Origin: Rhina ancylostomus
Lineage: Eukaryota
Length of the DNA: 64,000 nucleotides
Assembly: GCA_030265395.1 (NCBI GenBank)
Contig: JARFYF010000012.1
Coordinates: forward strand, 15,872,032-15,936,031
Reading direction: 5' to 3'
The notes under the pieces were generated by a model. The model was given only the letters and a program-made list of their open reading frames with translations. It was not told the origin of the DNA and did no database searches. Below are positions 1-12,450 of this stretch, piece after piece. Numbering within the stretch: position 1 is the first letter of the stretch; each line of letters begins with the position of its first letter. A program made the translations under genes and the position numbers.

Positions 1-930
1 TATGTAGCATTAACATTGGCAGGTTTTTTTTCTCATTGTTAGAATATGGAAATATTTACCACTTGATTATTGAGGTAGAGGTTGTGATTTTTTTTTAGAT
101 GGAATTGGAGGAGTAGTTGAAAAAGGCACGGGGTAATGAAACTTCACTAAAGTAATGTGTTTCACTTAAAGAGCCAGCACTGATCAAGATTGTTCATTGT
201 TAATTATAAATACACAATCCATGTCAATACAGTTTGTTAAGAGTTTATCCATTCAAAAGGCATAATTCCAAAATTGTATCTTTCTAAGTAATGATAAATA
301 ATGATTTAAGATTACACTATTGGTACAGACTTGGAAAAAATATTAAATTAAGGGCTATCAAAATTAAAATCAAGGTGCTAGAGGAAAGCTCCCCACTGGC
401 AAAAAGATTGAAAGTAGAATCATACAGCATGGAACTAGGCCATTCTGCCCAACTCATCCATGCTGAACAGTGGGCACCCTGGCAACCAGCCAGATAAAGA
501 GGCTGGCTGACGGGAAGCCTGTGATGAAAGGCTGTACAGATAATAGTGGGGCTGGACATTTAGGATAGCAGGCAATTGTAGGGAAAGAGATAGAAAACAG
601 TAAGTAAATTGGGAGTGTGGGGAAGATGTTTGTCGTGGAGTGGATGGAAACATATTGGTTCTCAAGAATTGCTAGAAGCACATTTGCCCGAAGAATCCAG
701 CTGTTCTTGCCTCCTTGGCAAGAACGGACTCTGGATATCTAGTCCGTTGCTGGTAACTGTAAAAGTGTCTTGGCACAAAGTTATCACGTGACTTAGTGAA
801 CCACATCAAGTATTTTTGAATTTTATTTCTACTCTTCCATCCTGAGGGAATAAAATTTCTTGCACCTTGGCCCTCCTTCAGCCTCTTGCCCTTCAAGCAC
901 CTCTCCTCTTTTCTTGACACCTTCCCCACC

Positions 931-984
931 AACTTCATTCATCTTCCCAAGGTAACTAACTTCATTCATCTTCCCTAGGTAATT
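931..984. repeat. 27-bp tandem duplication
   Basis: aacttcattcatcttcccaaggtaact followed by aacttcattcatcttccctaggtaatt (2 mismatches). Confidence 0.9.
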
Positions 985-1279
985 GCAAGTTACAAAATAA
1001 CTTGCCATCCCATTTTCTTATTCACCTCTTCCACAATGAGCTTGCACTGATTCTCCTGTGCCATGTATATCCTGATAATTCAGTTATTTTTGTGCATGAG
1101 CTAATTGAATTGGCCAATTTAAATTAAGCAAAAAGTAATGTAGAAAATTAATGGCTAAATACAGTGATTTTTAAGGGTAAATTGTGCATTTAATACAATT
1201 TATCCAGCTTGTGTTGTGTCAATAACAGCCATCTTTTTAAGACAGGAAGAGTACCAAGTGGTGGGATTCCAAGGTAGTT

Positions 1280-2580
1280 CATAGGAAAAGGCCATTCAGT
1301 CCATAATATCTGTGCTGGCTTAAATGAACTTTATGTAATTACACTCCTGGCTGTTGGTCCATAGCTCTTCACTTGAAGCGTCAAGTATTTAAACATAATG
1401 ATGATTTCTGCCTCCACTGCTCTTTCAGACAGAATTACAGGACACCACAATTTGTTGAGTGATTTTCTCAACTATTCTCTGCTCTTTCAACCAATTAATT
1501 TAAATCTTTATCTTTCTAATTACTGACCTCCCTGATTAGGGAAATAGATTAAACACGACAGAACTATCTGGGTTACTCTTAATTTTGTACACTTTTTAAT
1601 TCTGGTGCCTTTGTTTCAAAGAAAACCTTGTATATCGTTTCCACCTTTGCTACTGCTATCACATCCATCCTGTAATGTGATGGCCAGAAGTCATATTCTT
1701 AGAGCAATGAAGTAGAACCTTTTGACTCACTGAGTACAAGTACCCATTTGCACTGATTATAGTTTATTCGTCCCTCATTCCCTTCAATTGCCTCCCCACC
1801 CCAGATTTTACCACAAAAGGGGCAATTTACAGTGGCCAATTAACTGACTAACTCCCTATTCTTTGGGATGTGGGTGGAAACCCATGCACTCACAGGAAGA
1901 GAGTGCAAACTTCACATAGCACTGCATCGCTGGAGTTGAGGCAGCAACTTGACTAGCAGTGCCACTCAGTGCCCAGTATTCTGGCTGTGGCTTGACTAAA
2001 GTTTTATACAGTTCTGTCACAACCTCTTTGTTCTTCTAATCTGTCCCTTAACCAAGAAAGGCAAGTTTGTTCCATCCTGTCTTGATCATCTCATCTGCTT
2101 ATCCTGTTACCTTCAGGAATTGTGGACATGCACTCCAAGATCCCTCTGTTAGATTATCCTTCTTGGAATCCTGCCTTTTATCATGTATTCCCTAGCCTGG
2201 GTTGCCTCCCCAAATTCATTTCTTCACAATTCTCCAGAGTGAATTGCATTTACCCTTTCTGTGTTAATCTGTCCAGTCTGTTGTTATCACCTTGTAACTT
2301 AGAACTTTTTTCCTTGCACTCAAACACAATTGCAATTTTGGCATTATAAGCAAATTTCTTAGTTGTGGTTTAGATCCAAATAATTTATTTATACAATGAA
2401 AAGTGAGGGTTTTGGTACTAAGATGAGAACCCCACTACATTCAACCTTCCTGTTACTAAATACCCACCAACCATTTGTTTTATTCCACTGAACAGGATAC
2501 AACATGGTAATTCCACTTGGATCCTAGGGCCTTTTACATGTTCAGTCAGGCATGTGAGACATTGTCAAAAGCCTTGCTAA
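1280..2580 (-). mobile_element. Degraded CR1 LINE 3' portion, interrupted by a SINE at about 1700-1968
   Basis: Reverse CR1 3'-end motifs (aggccattcagtcc..., gcctccactgctctttcagacag, atggccagaag|...cagtattctggctgtggc). The text resumes after the SINE. Confidence 0.55.
1700..1968 (-). mobile_element. tRNA-derived V-type (HE1-like) SINE
   Basis: Reverse V-domain core tctttgggatgtgggtggaaacccatgcactcacagg...gcaaacttcacatag; head ends ...gtgccact. Confidence 0.75.
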
Positions 2581-3964
2581 AATTGAGTTGGTTAAATCTG
2601 GAGAGGGGGATAATGGGTTCAGGAAAGCAATCTTAAAATTTAGGACTAGGCAACCAAAAGCATGGCTATTGTTGGTGGAGTGAGGAGGTTTAAGTTTTAT
2701 CTGTGACAACATTATGCTCAGTTCTAGCTGTTAGTCATTTGGAAACCATTGAATGCTTGGACTAGACTGCAACTGTGAGAAATTCTTAAGCGATAAATTA
2801 GTTTTGCCTGCTAAATTCTACAACGTGTTTTCTTGCAACATAATTGCAATCAGTATTGAAGAGGTTAAATGGTATAAGTTGGGATTTATTTTTGTCTAAT
2901 TTGAAATTATCTTTAACTCGAGAAAATACTTAAGTTATTTGGATCTCCTCACGTGAGAGAGAACCTTAAATTTTACTAGTCTCTGTGGGATATCCTCTAC
3001 TTAACTTCCTGAGTTTGTTTTCCTGAGATAGCTGATAGCAGCTAATTAAGTTGTTTTAACAAGATAGAATATTTCTCCGATACAAAAAGATTGAAAGTAT
3101 TAAAATTATAGTTTTACAATTTAATTAACACTGCTGAGATGTTTGTTCTGACTCAAAAAAATTAGAGCAAATGTTGCAGATGGATTTCTTATTCTCTGTG
3201 ATTATTTAGGCTTTGGAAAATAGAATGCATTGCACAACAGGAAAAATGCTTTTGATTTCCATTAGCAAAAATTAATCTTGCAGAAGCACAGAATAGCTGT
3301 GTAGCTGATATAAAAGTTGATAGGATATTTATTTTCAAAATTATCTTCATATGTTTGCATACTGCTTGAAGTTATGTATCCTTCAGTAGTTTATCATTTG
3401 ACTGTCCAACCTTGAGAACTATTTGTAATTAAATGTGTTATGTCAGTAATGTGTTATTTACTGCTACTTGTAAAACTTCAGAATTTATATTTGTATGAAT
3501 CTAGACAGTATGATCATATTACCTGGAATTTGAGCATTAACCATCTAATGCAATAAATAATGTTTCACTTAGATTATTTAATGACTTTATGAAATCCTGT
3601 CCTTTTAGCAGATATTAAGTTAACCTTATCAGCAGTTCTTATTTTATCTGTAGTGTCCTTACTGTTTCTTTCCAGAATTTTAATGCAGTTGATTCAATAA
3701 TTGGTAGGTTGCAAGCAGTATTTATAGATTGTAGTGTGGAATTGCTCTTTGATAATCTACGTAGTTATGGTATATGTTTTTTTGTTACAAAGTATAAACC
3801 TACCAGTTTTCTTGATCGATCCAGCTTCTCCAGTTCATTGCAACAAACATTTGTGATGTATTCTCCATTTTGAATTTTAAAAAAAGTCTGTTTGTGAGAA
3901 AAGGATGATATTAATACCTGTATCTGTTATTATCAGTTGAGGCTTAAAGAGCTGTCTCTGCTGA

Positions 3965-4345
3965 ATCTCATGGCTGTGGATTTAAGAATACTTGAACTTT
4001 GAAGTCTAGATTGACACTACTCTGCTCTGCTGAAAAGATGTCACACTCTCAAAGATACCAATTTACAGATTGAGCTTTCTCTGTAAAAGTTCCCATGGTA
4101 CTACTTTGAAGTATTGTGGGCAAGTTACCTGAGGTGTCCAAACCAGTGCCTTAGTCAACATCACTAAAACCAGATTGATCATTATCAGAAAGCTATTGCT
4201 CTGTGCATAATTTGTGCAAAATTTATCATCAGTTGTGGTAACACCACAGAAGCTACACTAATAGTGCACAAATGAAGATGGAATATTCCATTTTGTTTTG
4301 CTTTATCTGGAGTTGCAATATTGTCTAAGTGTATTCATTTGGATT
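3965..4345 (+). mobile_element. Old Deu-domain SINE (SacSINE1/AmnSINE1-like) remnant
   Basis: gtaaaagttcccatggtactactttgaag...gtgtcc...caacatcactaaaaccagatt resembles the Deu core. Related reverse copies at about 4590-4700, 6260-6310, 27320-27530 and 45130-45420; forward copy at about 33655-33830. Confidence 0.5.
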
Positions 4346-5004
4346 ATCAATATGGATATGCAGGTGTATATATATGGAATATCAATAGAGATGTTATTTT
4401 GCAGTGTTCAATATTATACCTTTCTTTGCTATTCAACTAATTGACATATGCTAAATAAGTAAAAGAAAGTGTTTTTAATTAAATAATCTCTTTTCTAAAC
4501 TGCTTCTGAAATGTTACTTTGTAGAGAAATATGGCAAGTACTTTCCAAACAACAATATGATGCAAGTCCAGTTAATCTGTTTTGATATTGTTTGTTGAAA
4601 GATGAATGTTGGCCAGATCATCAGAAGAACTTCCTGCCTCTTTTTAAAAAAACATACTTTTGAATATTCTGTTGCTAGAACCTGAAATGGTACATTTAAC
4701 TGTGAATTCTGAGAGAACACTTATTAAACCAAGCTCCTTATCTGAAATTTACCATTGTAATAAAAAATTACTCCAAGTGTTATCTAGCTGAATCTGTAAT
4801 TTAAATGTTTACAATTAAAAATGGTAGTTTTCATTGACAGTTTTGCTCTCTTTCCCCTTTTATCTTGTTCCTGATGCAAAAATTAGCACATTTCACTTTC
4901 ATTTCCAACAGCCATGTTGTATGTTATGATACTTTTCCGTGCATCCACAGGAAATGCAATGCCTGTCGTTTGACCCCTTCCCATTCCATCATGCACAGAC
5001 TTGG

Positions 5005-5660
5005 ATGACTTGCACTTCCAATCTAATATACAGCATTCTCCATTCACGTTGTGGTCTACCAAATACACACTGGGTGATCACTTTGCGGAGCATTTGCATT
5101 TAGTCCACATGAACAACCTGACTTTCTTATTTGCCAACCACTTTAATTCTCCATCCCACTTTCACTCTGAAGCTGTCTGTGGCCTGCTGCATTGCTACAA
5201 TGGGACTCAACTCAAGTTTCCAACTGGGGCATATTGCAGCCTTGCAGACTCAATGTTAAATTTTCCTACTTTAGGTAACTTGCTCTATCTGTCTTTGTCA
5301 GAACTGGCCATTTCTGTCAGTCATCCATCTATGATTTTTGGCTTAGTTTTTCTTTCTCCATTAGCATAGGCTGATCTTCTGAGCATTTCCCACATTAGTA
5401 ACACATGACACAAAGAAGCATAATGTGCTTCTGATTGCCACCTTAACCCATGTGGTCACATCCGATTAGAGATTTTGCCTTTTATCCAATATGTTCCTCC
5501 CACATTTTCTCTGTGCCTAAAACTAACTTGTTTTCTCTTTTCCCCAGTTCTGCTGAAGGGTCAGGACCTGAAATGTCAATTCTGTTTCTCTTTCCACAGA
5601 TGTTACCTGACCTCCTGTGTTTTCAGCGTTTTCAGCCCTCTGCACCTGGTCCATATAAAT
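5005..5660 (+). mobile_element. Penelope-like element 3' fragment: degenerate GIY-YIG endonuclease, 3'UTR and terminal repeat
   Basis: Translation LGDHFAEHLHLVH...ANHFNSPSH...GLLHC matches the PLE endonuclease C-terminus (RLGDRFAEH, VA.HFNS). A pyrimidine-rich UTR follows, then CTGCTGAAGGGTCAGGACCTGAAATGTC, a hammerhead-like terminal repeat. Confidence 0.85.
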
Positions 5661-6826
5661 GTGGGCCAGCAAGCTGGGACAGCAGACTGAAGTTTTAAAT
5701 ATTTTAATGTGATGCAAGCAAGCAGCTCAGAATATTATTAAAAAATGAGACTGTCTGCTTATCCCACTGTTAAAGTAATGGAAAACATCCATGCATTCTT
5801 TCATGTGAATGTAAGAAATAAAGCCATTTGATTCCTTGGGTTTGCTCCACCATTCAATAAGATCTTTTACCTTGGCACCACTTTCCTGCATTAACCCCAT
5901 ATCCCTGAACCATATTTCATGGAAATGTCTCTTTATTCTGAAAATAACTATGCACATAATTAACAAATTTTCTGTNNNNNNNNNNNNNNNNNNNNNNNNN
6001 NNNNNNNNNNNNNNNNNNNNNNNNNNNNNNNNNNNNNNNNNNNNNNNNNNNNNNNNNNNNNNNNNNNNNNNNNNNNNNNNNNNNNNNNNNNNNNNNNNNN
6101 NNNNNNNNNNNNNNNNNNNNNNNNNNNNNNNNNNNNNNNNNNNNNNNNNNNNNNNNNNNNAGTGTTGTGGTGTAGAAAATGTGATAACCAATTTGCTTCC
6201 ACAAATAATGGTGTCCTGACAATTGGATAATCTGCATTTTAATTTTGATCAAGAATCAAATGATGGCCAGGACACCAGGAATAATTTACTGTCTTTGCTT
6301 TAGTAAAATTCCAATAATCGGCTATCGTATGATATGGAAATCGTGATGGTTTGGCATTTGGCTCACAGGTCATGTTTCCCATTCTCCCCTTGAACTTAAC
6401 ATTGCTGCTCACTATTCACCCTTTAAACTTACTGGGGGCTGTGTCTCACACATCCTTTAAATTTGCCATTGGAAAATTTATTATAACACTATGAAACATC
6501 TTTGTAACAAAAAACTAAGTCATTTGGGTGTTAATAGGAATAATATCCAATAGTCTGATAAACCTGATAGTCTGGTACAACCAAAGTCTTGAGCATGCAG
6601 GTTTACTGTAACCAGGGCTTTTTTTTTACCCACCTGAGTGAGCAGTCAGGTTCTCGTCTAAGATGTGGGAGCCATGAAAGAACACGCTGGAGGCATCAGC
6701 ACATATTTTTTGTGCTCAAATGTCTAAAGTGGAGCTTAAGTTGTCAATCTTATGATATGGTAGAGCCTCTAGCAATAAATGTGAACTAAGAAACTGCTGC
6801 AAAATGATCATAATTAATAATCATAA

Positions 6827-6922
6827 TGGAAGACTGAATCTGTACAAAAGAATATTTCTTGATCTTTAAATATGTTGTGAAGTTATTAATGATTTCATAG
6901 GTAGTCTGCTTTGAATTAATCA
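6827..6922 (+). repeat. 96-bp diverged copy of the DCLRE1A stop-codon/3'UTR junction (8013-8108) inside the upstream intron
   Basis: Direct alignment shows 4 substitutions in the visible part. The 8-N gap at 8057-8064 corresponds to tatgttgt in the copy. Confidence 0.92.
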
Positions 6923-7213
6923 TAAGTGAATGCATTGTACAACAAACTCTAAATGAAACCATTGAAACTTTTTGTAATTTAAGTTTGAACATCCAGTGCT
7001 CGAAATTGACTGAAAAATCAGTATGCTCTCAACTATATAACATTTTTAAAGCCTCTTGTCCATATTATGTTATGTGCAAATTAACTCTTCTACCAAATTT
7101 GAATCGTCTATGAATAAATTATTAAATAATTACCGAGGAAGGGCAAGATTGTTGTTAGTTATTGAAAATCTGATCATTTGATTGTGTTCTTAAACTGCTT
7201 TTTCTATTTATAG

Positions 7214-7355
7214 GGTTTACAAGTGCATATGAATAAATTTCCAGGAAAGTATGACCAAGTTGTAGCATTCAAACCAACTGGATGGACATATTCAAGCCAG
7301 AGTGGCACAATTCTTGACATCAAACCTCGGGTCCAAGGAAAGATTGCGATATATG
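7214..7355 (+). CDS. DCLRE1A: DNA cross-link repair 1A (SNM1A), penultimate coding exon (beta-CASP region)
   Basis: Acceptor tttctatttatag|GGT, donor TATG|gttggt. 142 nt, phase 0 to 1. Translates GLQVHMNKFPGKYDQVVAFKPTGWTYSSQSGTILDIKPRVQGKIAIY(G), which carries the SNM1A 'AF(K/R)PTGWT' motif. Confidence 0.96.
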
Positions 7356-7875
7356 GTTGGTACATTATCAGTAAGATGTGGAAGTACTTTTTTCTATGTT
7401 CTTTAAGAACTTTGTCTTCAGCAAAAGTGCAACAGTGAAGTTTTTTGTTCAATTATGGTCTATTTTTGCAATAAGCAACATGCCAAAATATGGAAAATAA
7501 GACCCTAGTCATGTTGAACTAAGTAATGCTGTGAATAGTTTTAATTTTTTTAAATTCTAGGATAATTTGTTGCACAATCCCACTTCCCAAAAATCATTCC
7601 AACTTGATTGATAGTCATGATTTTTGAGAGGAAACAGAAGTTTTATTTTGTTACATATACAGCGTAAATTGCTAGCAAAGAAATTTAACCATGATAGTTT
7701 ACCAACTTGTTCATCATTGAGCATAACCAAAATTAAATATTGAAAACATAAGGGAAATGATAGGAATATAACAAGATTAATATGTGTAGAATGGTATGGG
7801 GATTATCTATTAACATTCACCCTATTATTAATCTGTGATTTTTTTTTCCTTTCTTGAAATTCCCATCTCTTGCAG

Positions 7876-8048
7876 GTGTACCTTATAGTGAACACAGCAG
7901 CTACCTTGAGATGAAGAGATTTGTACAATGGCTTAAACCAAATAAAATTATTCCTACAGTTAATAATGGAAGTTGGCAAGAAAGGAATATGATGGACAAA
8001 ATATTTAATGAGTGGATGACTGAATCTGTGCAAAAGAATATTTCATGA
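7876..8048 (+). CDS. DCLRE1A: DCLRE1A/SNM1A terminal coding exon
   Basis: Acceptor catctcttgcag|GT joins the previous exon in phase. Translates (G)VPYSEHSSYLEMKRFVQWLKPNKIIPTVNNGSWQERNMMDKIFNEWMTESVQKNIS*, with the hallmark PYSEHSS...IIPTVN motif. TGA at 8046-8048. Confidence 0.97.
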
Positions 8049-8434
8049 TATTTAAANNNNNNNNGAAGTTATTAATGATTTCATAGGTAGTCTGCTTTGA
8101 ATTAATCAAAATATCTTTCAGAAAGATGTTTTACAATTGTTGAATGTATATTGAGTTTTAAGAATGTATGATGTAAAGTAATTGTCTTACTATAATATTT
8201 AAAACTGCACAGATTATTTGGTATAACATATTGACTGCAATGTATTGCTTTAAATGATCTGCAACACATAAATATGAATACAGTGATATAGAAAGATTTT
8301 AGCATTATATTGTTTTGCAAAAAGTACTTGTACATGAATTATGAAAGTGTACCAGGATTACTTCAAGTGCTTATTTAGTAATACAGGCATTAAAGTACAG
8401 TAAAAGTATTCATTTATTTTAATAAGATTTGATA

Positions 8435-8588
8435 AATAAAGAGATGTGACCTTTTGCTGAACTGTTATTTTACCTATTTATTTCAATTATACAGGAAAAG
8501 GAACCATAATAAACAGTTTTATTAGCTGCTTCTTTGGCAAAAGCAATACATGCAAACATGTACATTCTATTCATTCATTGTTAATAAA
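8435..8588 (+). promoter_or_regulatory. Candidate DCLRE1A polyadenylation signals
   Basis: AATAAA at 8435-8440, 8508-8513 and 8583-8588, about 0.4-0.55 kb after the stop codon. Which one is used cannot be determined from sequence. Confidence 0.5.
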
Positions 8589-9765
8589 GATGAGATTTTT
8601 GAGACATTGGACCATTACCCTGTAGTTATAATGGGTCTCATGCAAGTAGAATATTTTGTTTTGCGTACAGATTTTGTCAGTTGGAAAGCCAGCTACTTCT
8701 TGATTGGGTTAATCATCGCCATTGATTATTTTTGATTGCATCAGCTGGAACATATACTGAAAGTAATACATGACCTGAGAAGGAAAGCTTTTTTCAGATC
8801 CTGGTCTGGATAAGGGGTGAAAATTTGGGAAAAGCCTTGACAGAAGTTGACAACAAGGATTGGAATTTTAAAATCTGGGTATTGTCAAATAAAACTAATT
8901 TGGATCAGAAAACACAAGGGTCCTGGGAGCACAGTGCTTAATACAAGTTAATACATTGCATTTTGGATGATTATGTAGGATGGAAGATGGAACACTGACC
9001 TGGAAATCTTTTGAATAGTCAAATCTATTGTTAGTACACATAAGCATTTTGGAAGCAGATGAACTGAGGGAGAGGAAGAATTGTGCAATGTTACAGGAGT
9101 GATAGCAGGCAGTCTTGGTGATGGACTTCTGATCAGAAGCCCATCTCTGTCAAGGTTGGTAAAGTTCTGATACAGCCTTTAGACAAGATAATGAATGACC
9201 CTTAATATGTGTGGTGTACCAGATGCCTGTAATTGTTGTTTGTTATTTCTGTACTGTCTACTCTCAAATAGGCAAAATAGTCACCTAATGACAGAAGTTA
9301 TAGATTCAGTGGCTTAGACTGTAAAGAGACTGTTAAAGGGAAAAATATATAGGTTCATTAATTAATAAACTGCCAAGGATCATGCTATAATTTGAAATCA
9401 TGATAAATGCTGACAGTACTAAATATACTGAAGAAATGATCAACCTTAAAAAAACATTTTGCAATTTATAATGTATGCTGAATAGATGGCATTCTCCTCC
9501 TATGCCCAAATGATGACTATAAGTCCAAAAACATTGCTATCCTGGAAAAATATTACTAAATATGGGGAAGACCAAGATCCCTTTCTCTGCTACTGCTTTG
9601 AATCCCTCTTCTGGGTGATACTCTAAAACAACCCCAGACTAATCACAGCATTGGTGTTATATCAGACCACATATCTGCAGCATTACCAAGTAACCCAGTT
9701 CCTGGTTGTCCATTCTCATCCCGTTTCAACTGCTGAAACCCTCATCTATAGTATTTGTTGTGGTC

Positions 9766-10098
9766 AAAGGAATAGACAGAGTGAATGCAGCCAAGCTGTT
9801 TCCCTTGGTGGGTGAGTCCAGGACCAGAGGGCACAATCTTAGAATTAGAGGGTACAGGTTTNNNNNNNNNNNNNNNNNNNNNNNNNNNNNNNNNNNNNNN
9901 NNNNNNNNNNNNNNNNNNNNNNNNNNNNNNNNNNNNNNNNNNNNNNNNNNNNNNNNNNNNNGGAAATTGGGGTTAATTTTTTTTTCTCCTCTTGACTCTC
10001 TACCCTCGTGCCCCCCCCCCCCCACTTCTCCATTCTCATTTCTTTTTTCCTGGAGCAGACTCAATGGGCCAAATGGTCTACTTCTGTTCCTTTGTGAT
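9766..10098 (+). mobile_element. CR1 LINE 3' end spanning a gap
   Basis: KGIDRVNAAKLFPLVGESRTRGHNLRIRGYRF is the CR1 ORF2 C-terminal 'TRGH' motif. The CR1 tail gcagactcaatgggccaaatggtctacttctgttcct follows the gap. Confidence 0.85.
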
Positions 10099-11062
10099 CT
10101 GGTGAACTATTTTGACACTAGTGAGGCAGTTTGTCAGGATCAAGGATGACTTGCTTCCAATTCAGTTCTAAGGTGGTCAATGAGGCCATTGTGGACCTAC
10201 AGACACCGTTACTAGTAGGGCAGGAAGTTCTTGATGGGACAGGCAGGTAAGATGTTTTGGAGGCGTGGTGCTCCTGAGATTTTGTACAATTTAACAAACT
10301 TCATTTTGTCCTTTATTTGTGAATAGTTGTAAGATTGCAAGCTTAAGGTGTGATGGGAAACCTGGCTTAGTAAATTAAAGATTTAAACTTGTGTAAACCA
10401 TACATGTGATGGCTCCTGTTAACTGCAATAAGGTTCTTTGGTTTGGTAATCACCTGAGAAGTTGCTGCAAAACTAAGGGTTTGTTAATGTGGCCTTTTCA
10501 TGCAGCAACTGTTAATGCAATGAGCAATCAATTTCTTATTTTGAAAGATTGGGAACAAAGATGAGGCAAACCAAAATACCAGAGTCATTAAATTTACAGA
10601 GACAAGGGGTTATGACCAATTATTTATTAGGTTGAAAGACTGCAGGAAGAATGGAATTGGAATGGGTATGAATATCACATTAGAAAAGCAAATGCAATTG
10701 AACAGAGATTGGGATGATAGCTTAATTTATTAGTAAACTTTTAAAATATAATTGACAAGTTAAAAAGGCAAATGACCCGTTTGAGGAATATAATATTAAA
10801 CAATGCTGTTGTACTGTGAGTTGCTGACCTGGATGAAGCTAAGTATCAACTGGAGTCTTAAGTAGCTGTGGTATTTTTGACCACTGGAAACAGTGAATCC
10901 AGTGGACTCAGTTAAAACCCACGCGGATATTGATTGATCGACATTTGAGGACTGAGGGATAAAGCTAAACGTGCTTGGTTAATTTTGCATAGAAGATAAG
11001 AGGAGAAAAAAGTTGAAGCATATATCATCAATATCCATGAGACCCCAGAGACTAAGGGCTGT

Positions 11063-11697
11063 GAGCTACTAAAATTTGGCATGTCCACTTTAATCCTCAC
11101 CAATTTTTATCGATACACCATAGAAAGCATCCTATCTGGATGCATCACGCCTTGGTACGGCAACTGCTCTGCCCAGGACCGCAAGAAACTGCAGAAAGCT
11201 GTGGACACAGCCCAGTGCATCATGAAAACCAGCCTCCCCTCCATGGACCCTGTCTTTACCTCTTGATGCTTTGGTGAAGCAGCCAGCATAATCAAAGACC
11301 CCACCCACCTGGGTCATTCTCTCTTCTCTCCTCTCCAATCAGGCATAAGATACAGGAGTCTGTGGGCACATACCACCAGACTTAAGGACAGCTTCTATCC
11401 CACAGTGAAAAGACTATTGAACGGTTCCCTCATACGATGAGATGGACTCTTGACCTCACGATCTACCTTGTTGTGATCTTGCACCTTATTGTCTACCTGC
11501 ACTGCACTTCCTCCGTAGCTGTGACACTTTACTCTGTACTGTTACCGTTTTTACCTGTATTGCCTCAATGCACTCTGTACTAACTCAAAGTAACTGCACT
11601 GTGTAATGAATTGACCTGTATGATTGGTATACAAGACACGTTTTTCACTGTACCTCAGTACAAGTGACAATAATAAACCAATGCCAATACCAATACC
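11063..11697 (+). mobile_element. 5'-truncated Rex1/Babar LINE
   Basis: LTNFYRYTIESILSGCITPWYGNCSAQDRKKLQKAVDTAQCI is the Rex1 ORF C-terminus, with an in-frame stop at 11264-11266. The 3' tail is tttcactgtacctcagtacaagtgacaataataaa plus (ccaata)n. Confidence 0.92.
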
Positions 11698-12089
11698 TTA
11701 GGAACTGGCAATCTCAGGGTTAATTCTTGCAGGACACCCTACCTGGTGAAGCCTTCCTGCCTGTGATGTGCAAGTGAGAAAAGCCATTGGAAGGAATACA
11801 GGAACCCCATGGAGGGGAATGTGTGCCAGTCTCAAGGATGTGCAAGTGTCTGAATATCTGACCTTGGAAAACCTTAATGGCAAACTACGAATTAAAAACA
11901 CTATGATGCGAGATTAAGGCTGCACATTGTGTATTCCCTTGTTTCTTCTTCATCTCCATTCAACTTAAACAATTTCACGTCTGCTNNNNNNNNNNNNNNN
12001 NNNNNNNNNNNNNNNNNNNNNNNNNNNNNNNNNNNNNNNNNNNNNNNNNNNNNNNNNNNNNNNNNNNNNNNNNNNNNNNNNNNNNTTTT

Positions 12090-12450
12090 TTTCCAAAGAC
12101 GCTTTAAGAATGTCCTTGAATCTTTTCCTTCATCCACTTGATAATCTCTTGCCATAACGGAGCTCTAAATAAAGTGCCTATTTCTGAAGCTTGTGTCAGG
12201 CATGCAACTGACGTGGCCTGCCCATTGGAGCCGATGCAGTGAAATTAGGGCCAGAACACTGGGGATGTCTAGGAGAGAATGCTGACAGTTTGCTTATCCT
12301 GTTGGATGATTTTAAGGAAACAATATTGTTGGAACCTCTCTAGTGCTTTGAGGTGGCTGCTATATGTAATTTATGTCTTGGAAGCATAGGGGGAGGGGGC
12401 GATCATTGCTACACAGTACATCATGAGGTTTTGTTAAGTTTGAGGTTTTG
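12090..12450 (-). mobile_element. Degraded RTE (BovB-like) LINE fragment
   Basis: Reverse translation gives HLKALERFQQYC and LHRLQWAGHVSCMPD, matching the RTE 'LRW.GHV.RM' motif, with frameshifts. Confidence 0.75.

Noticed and set aside
723-748. Small hairpin aacggact-N10-agtccgtt
   Set aside because: An 8-bp stem is expected by chance in 64 kb and there is no supporting context.
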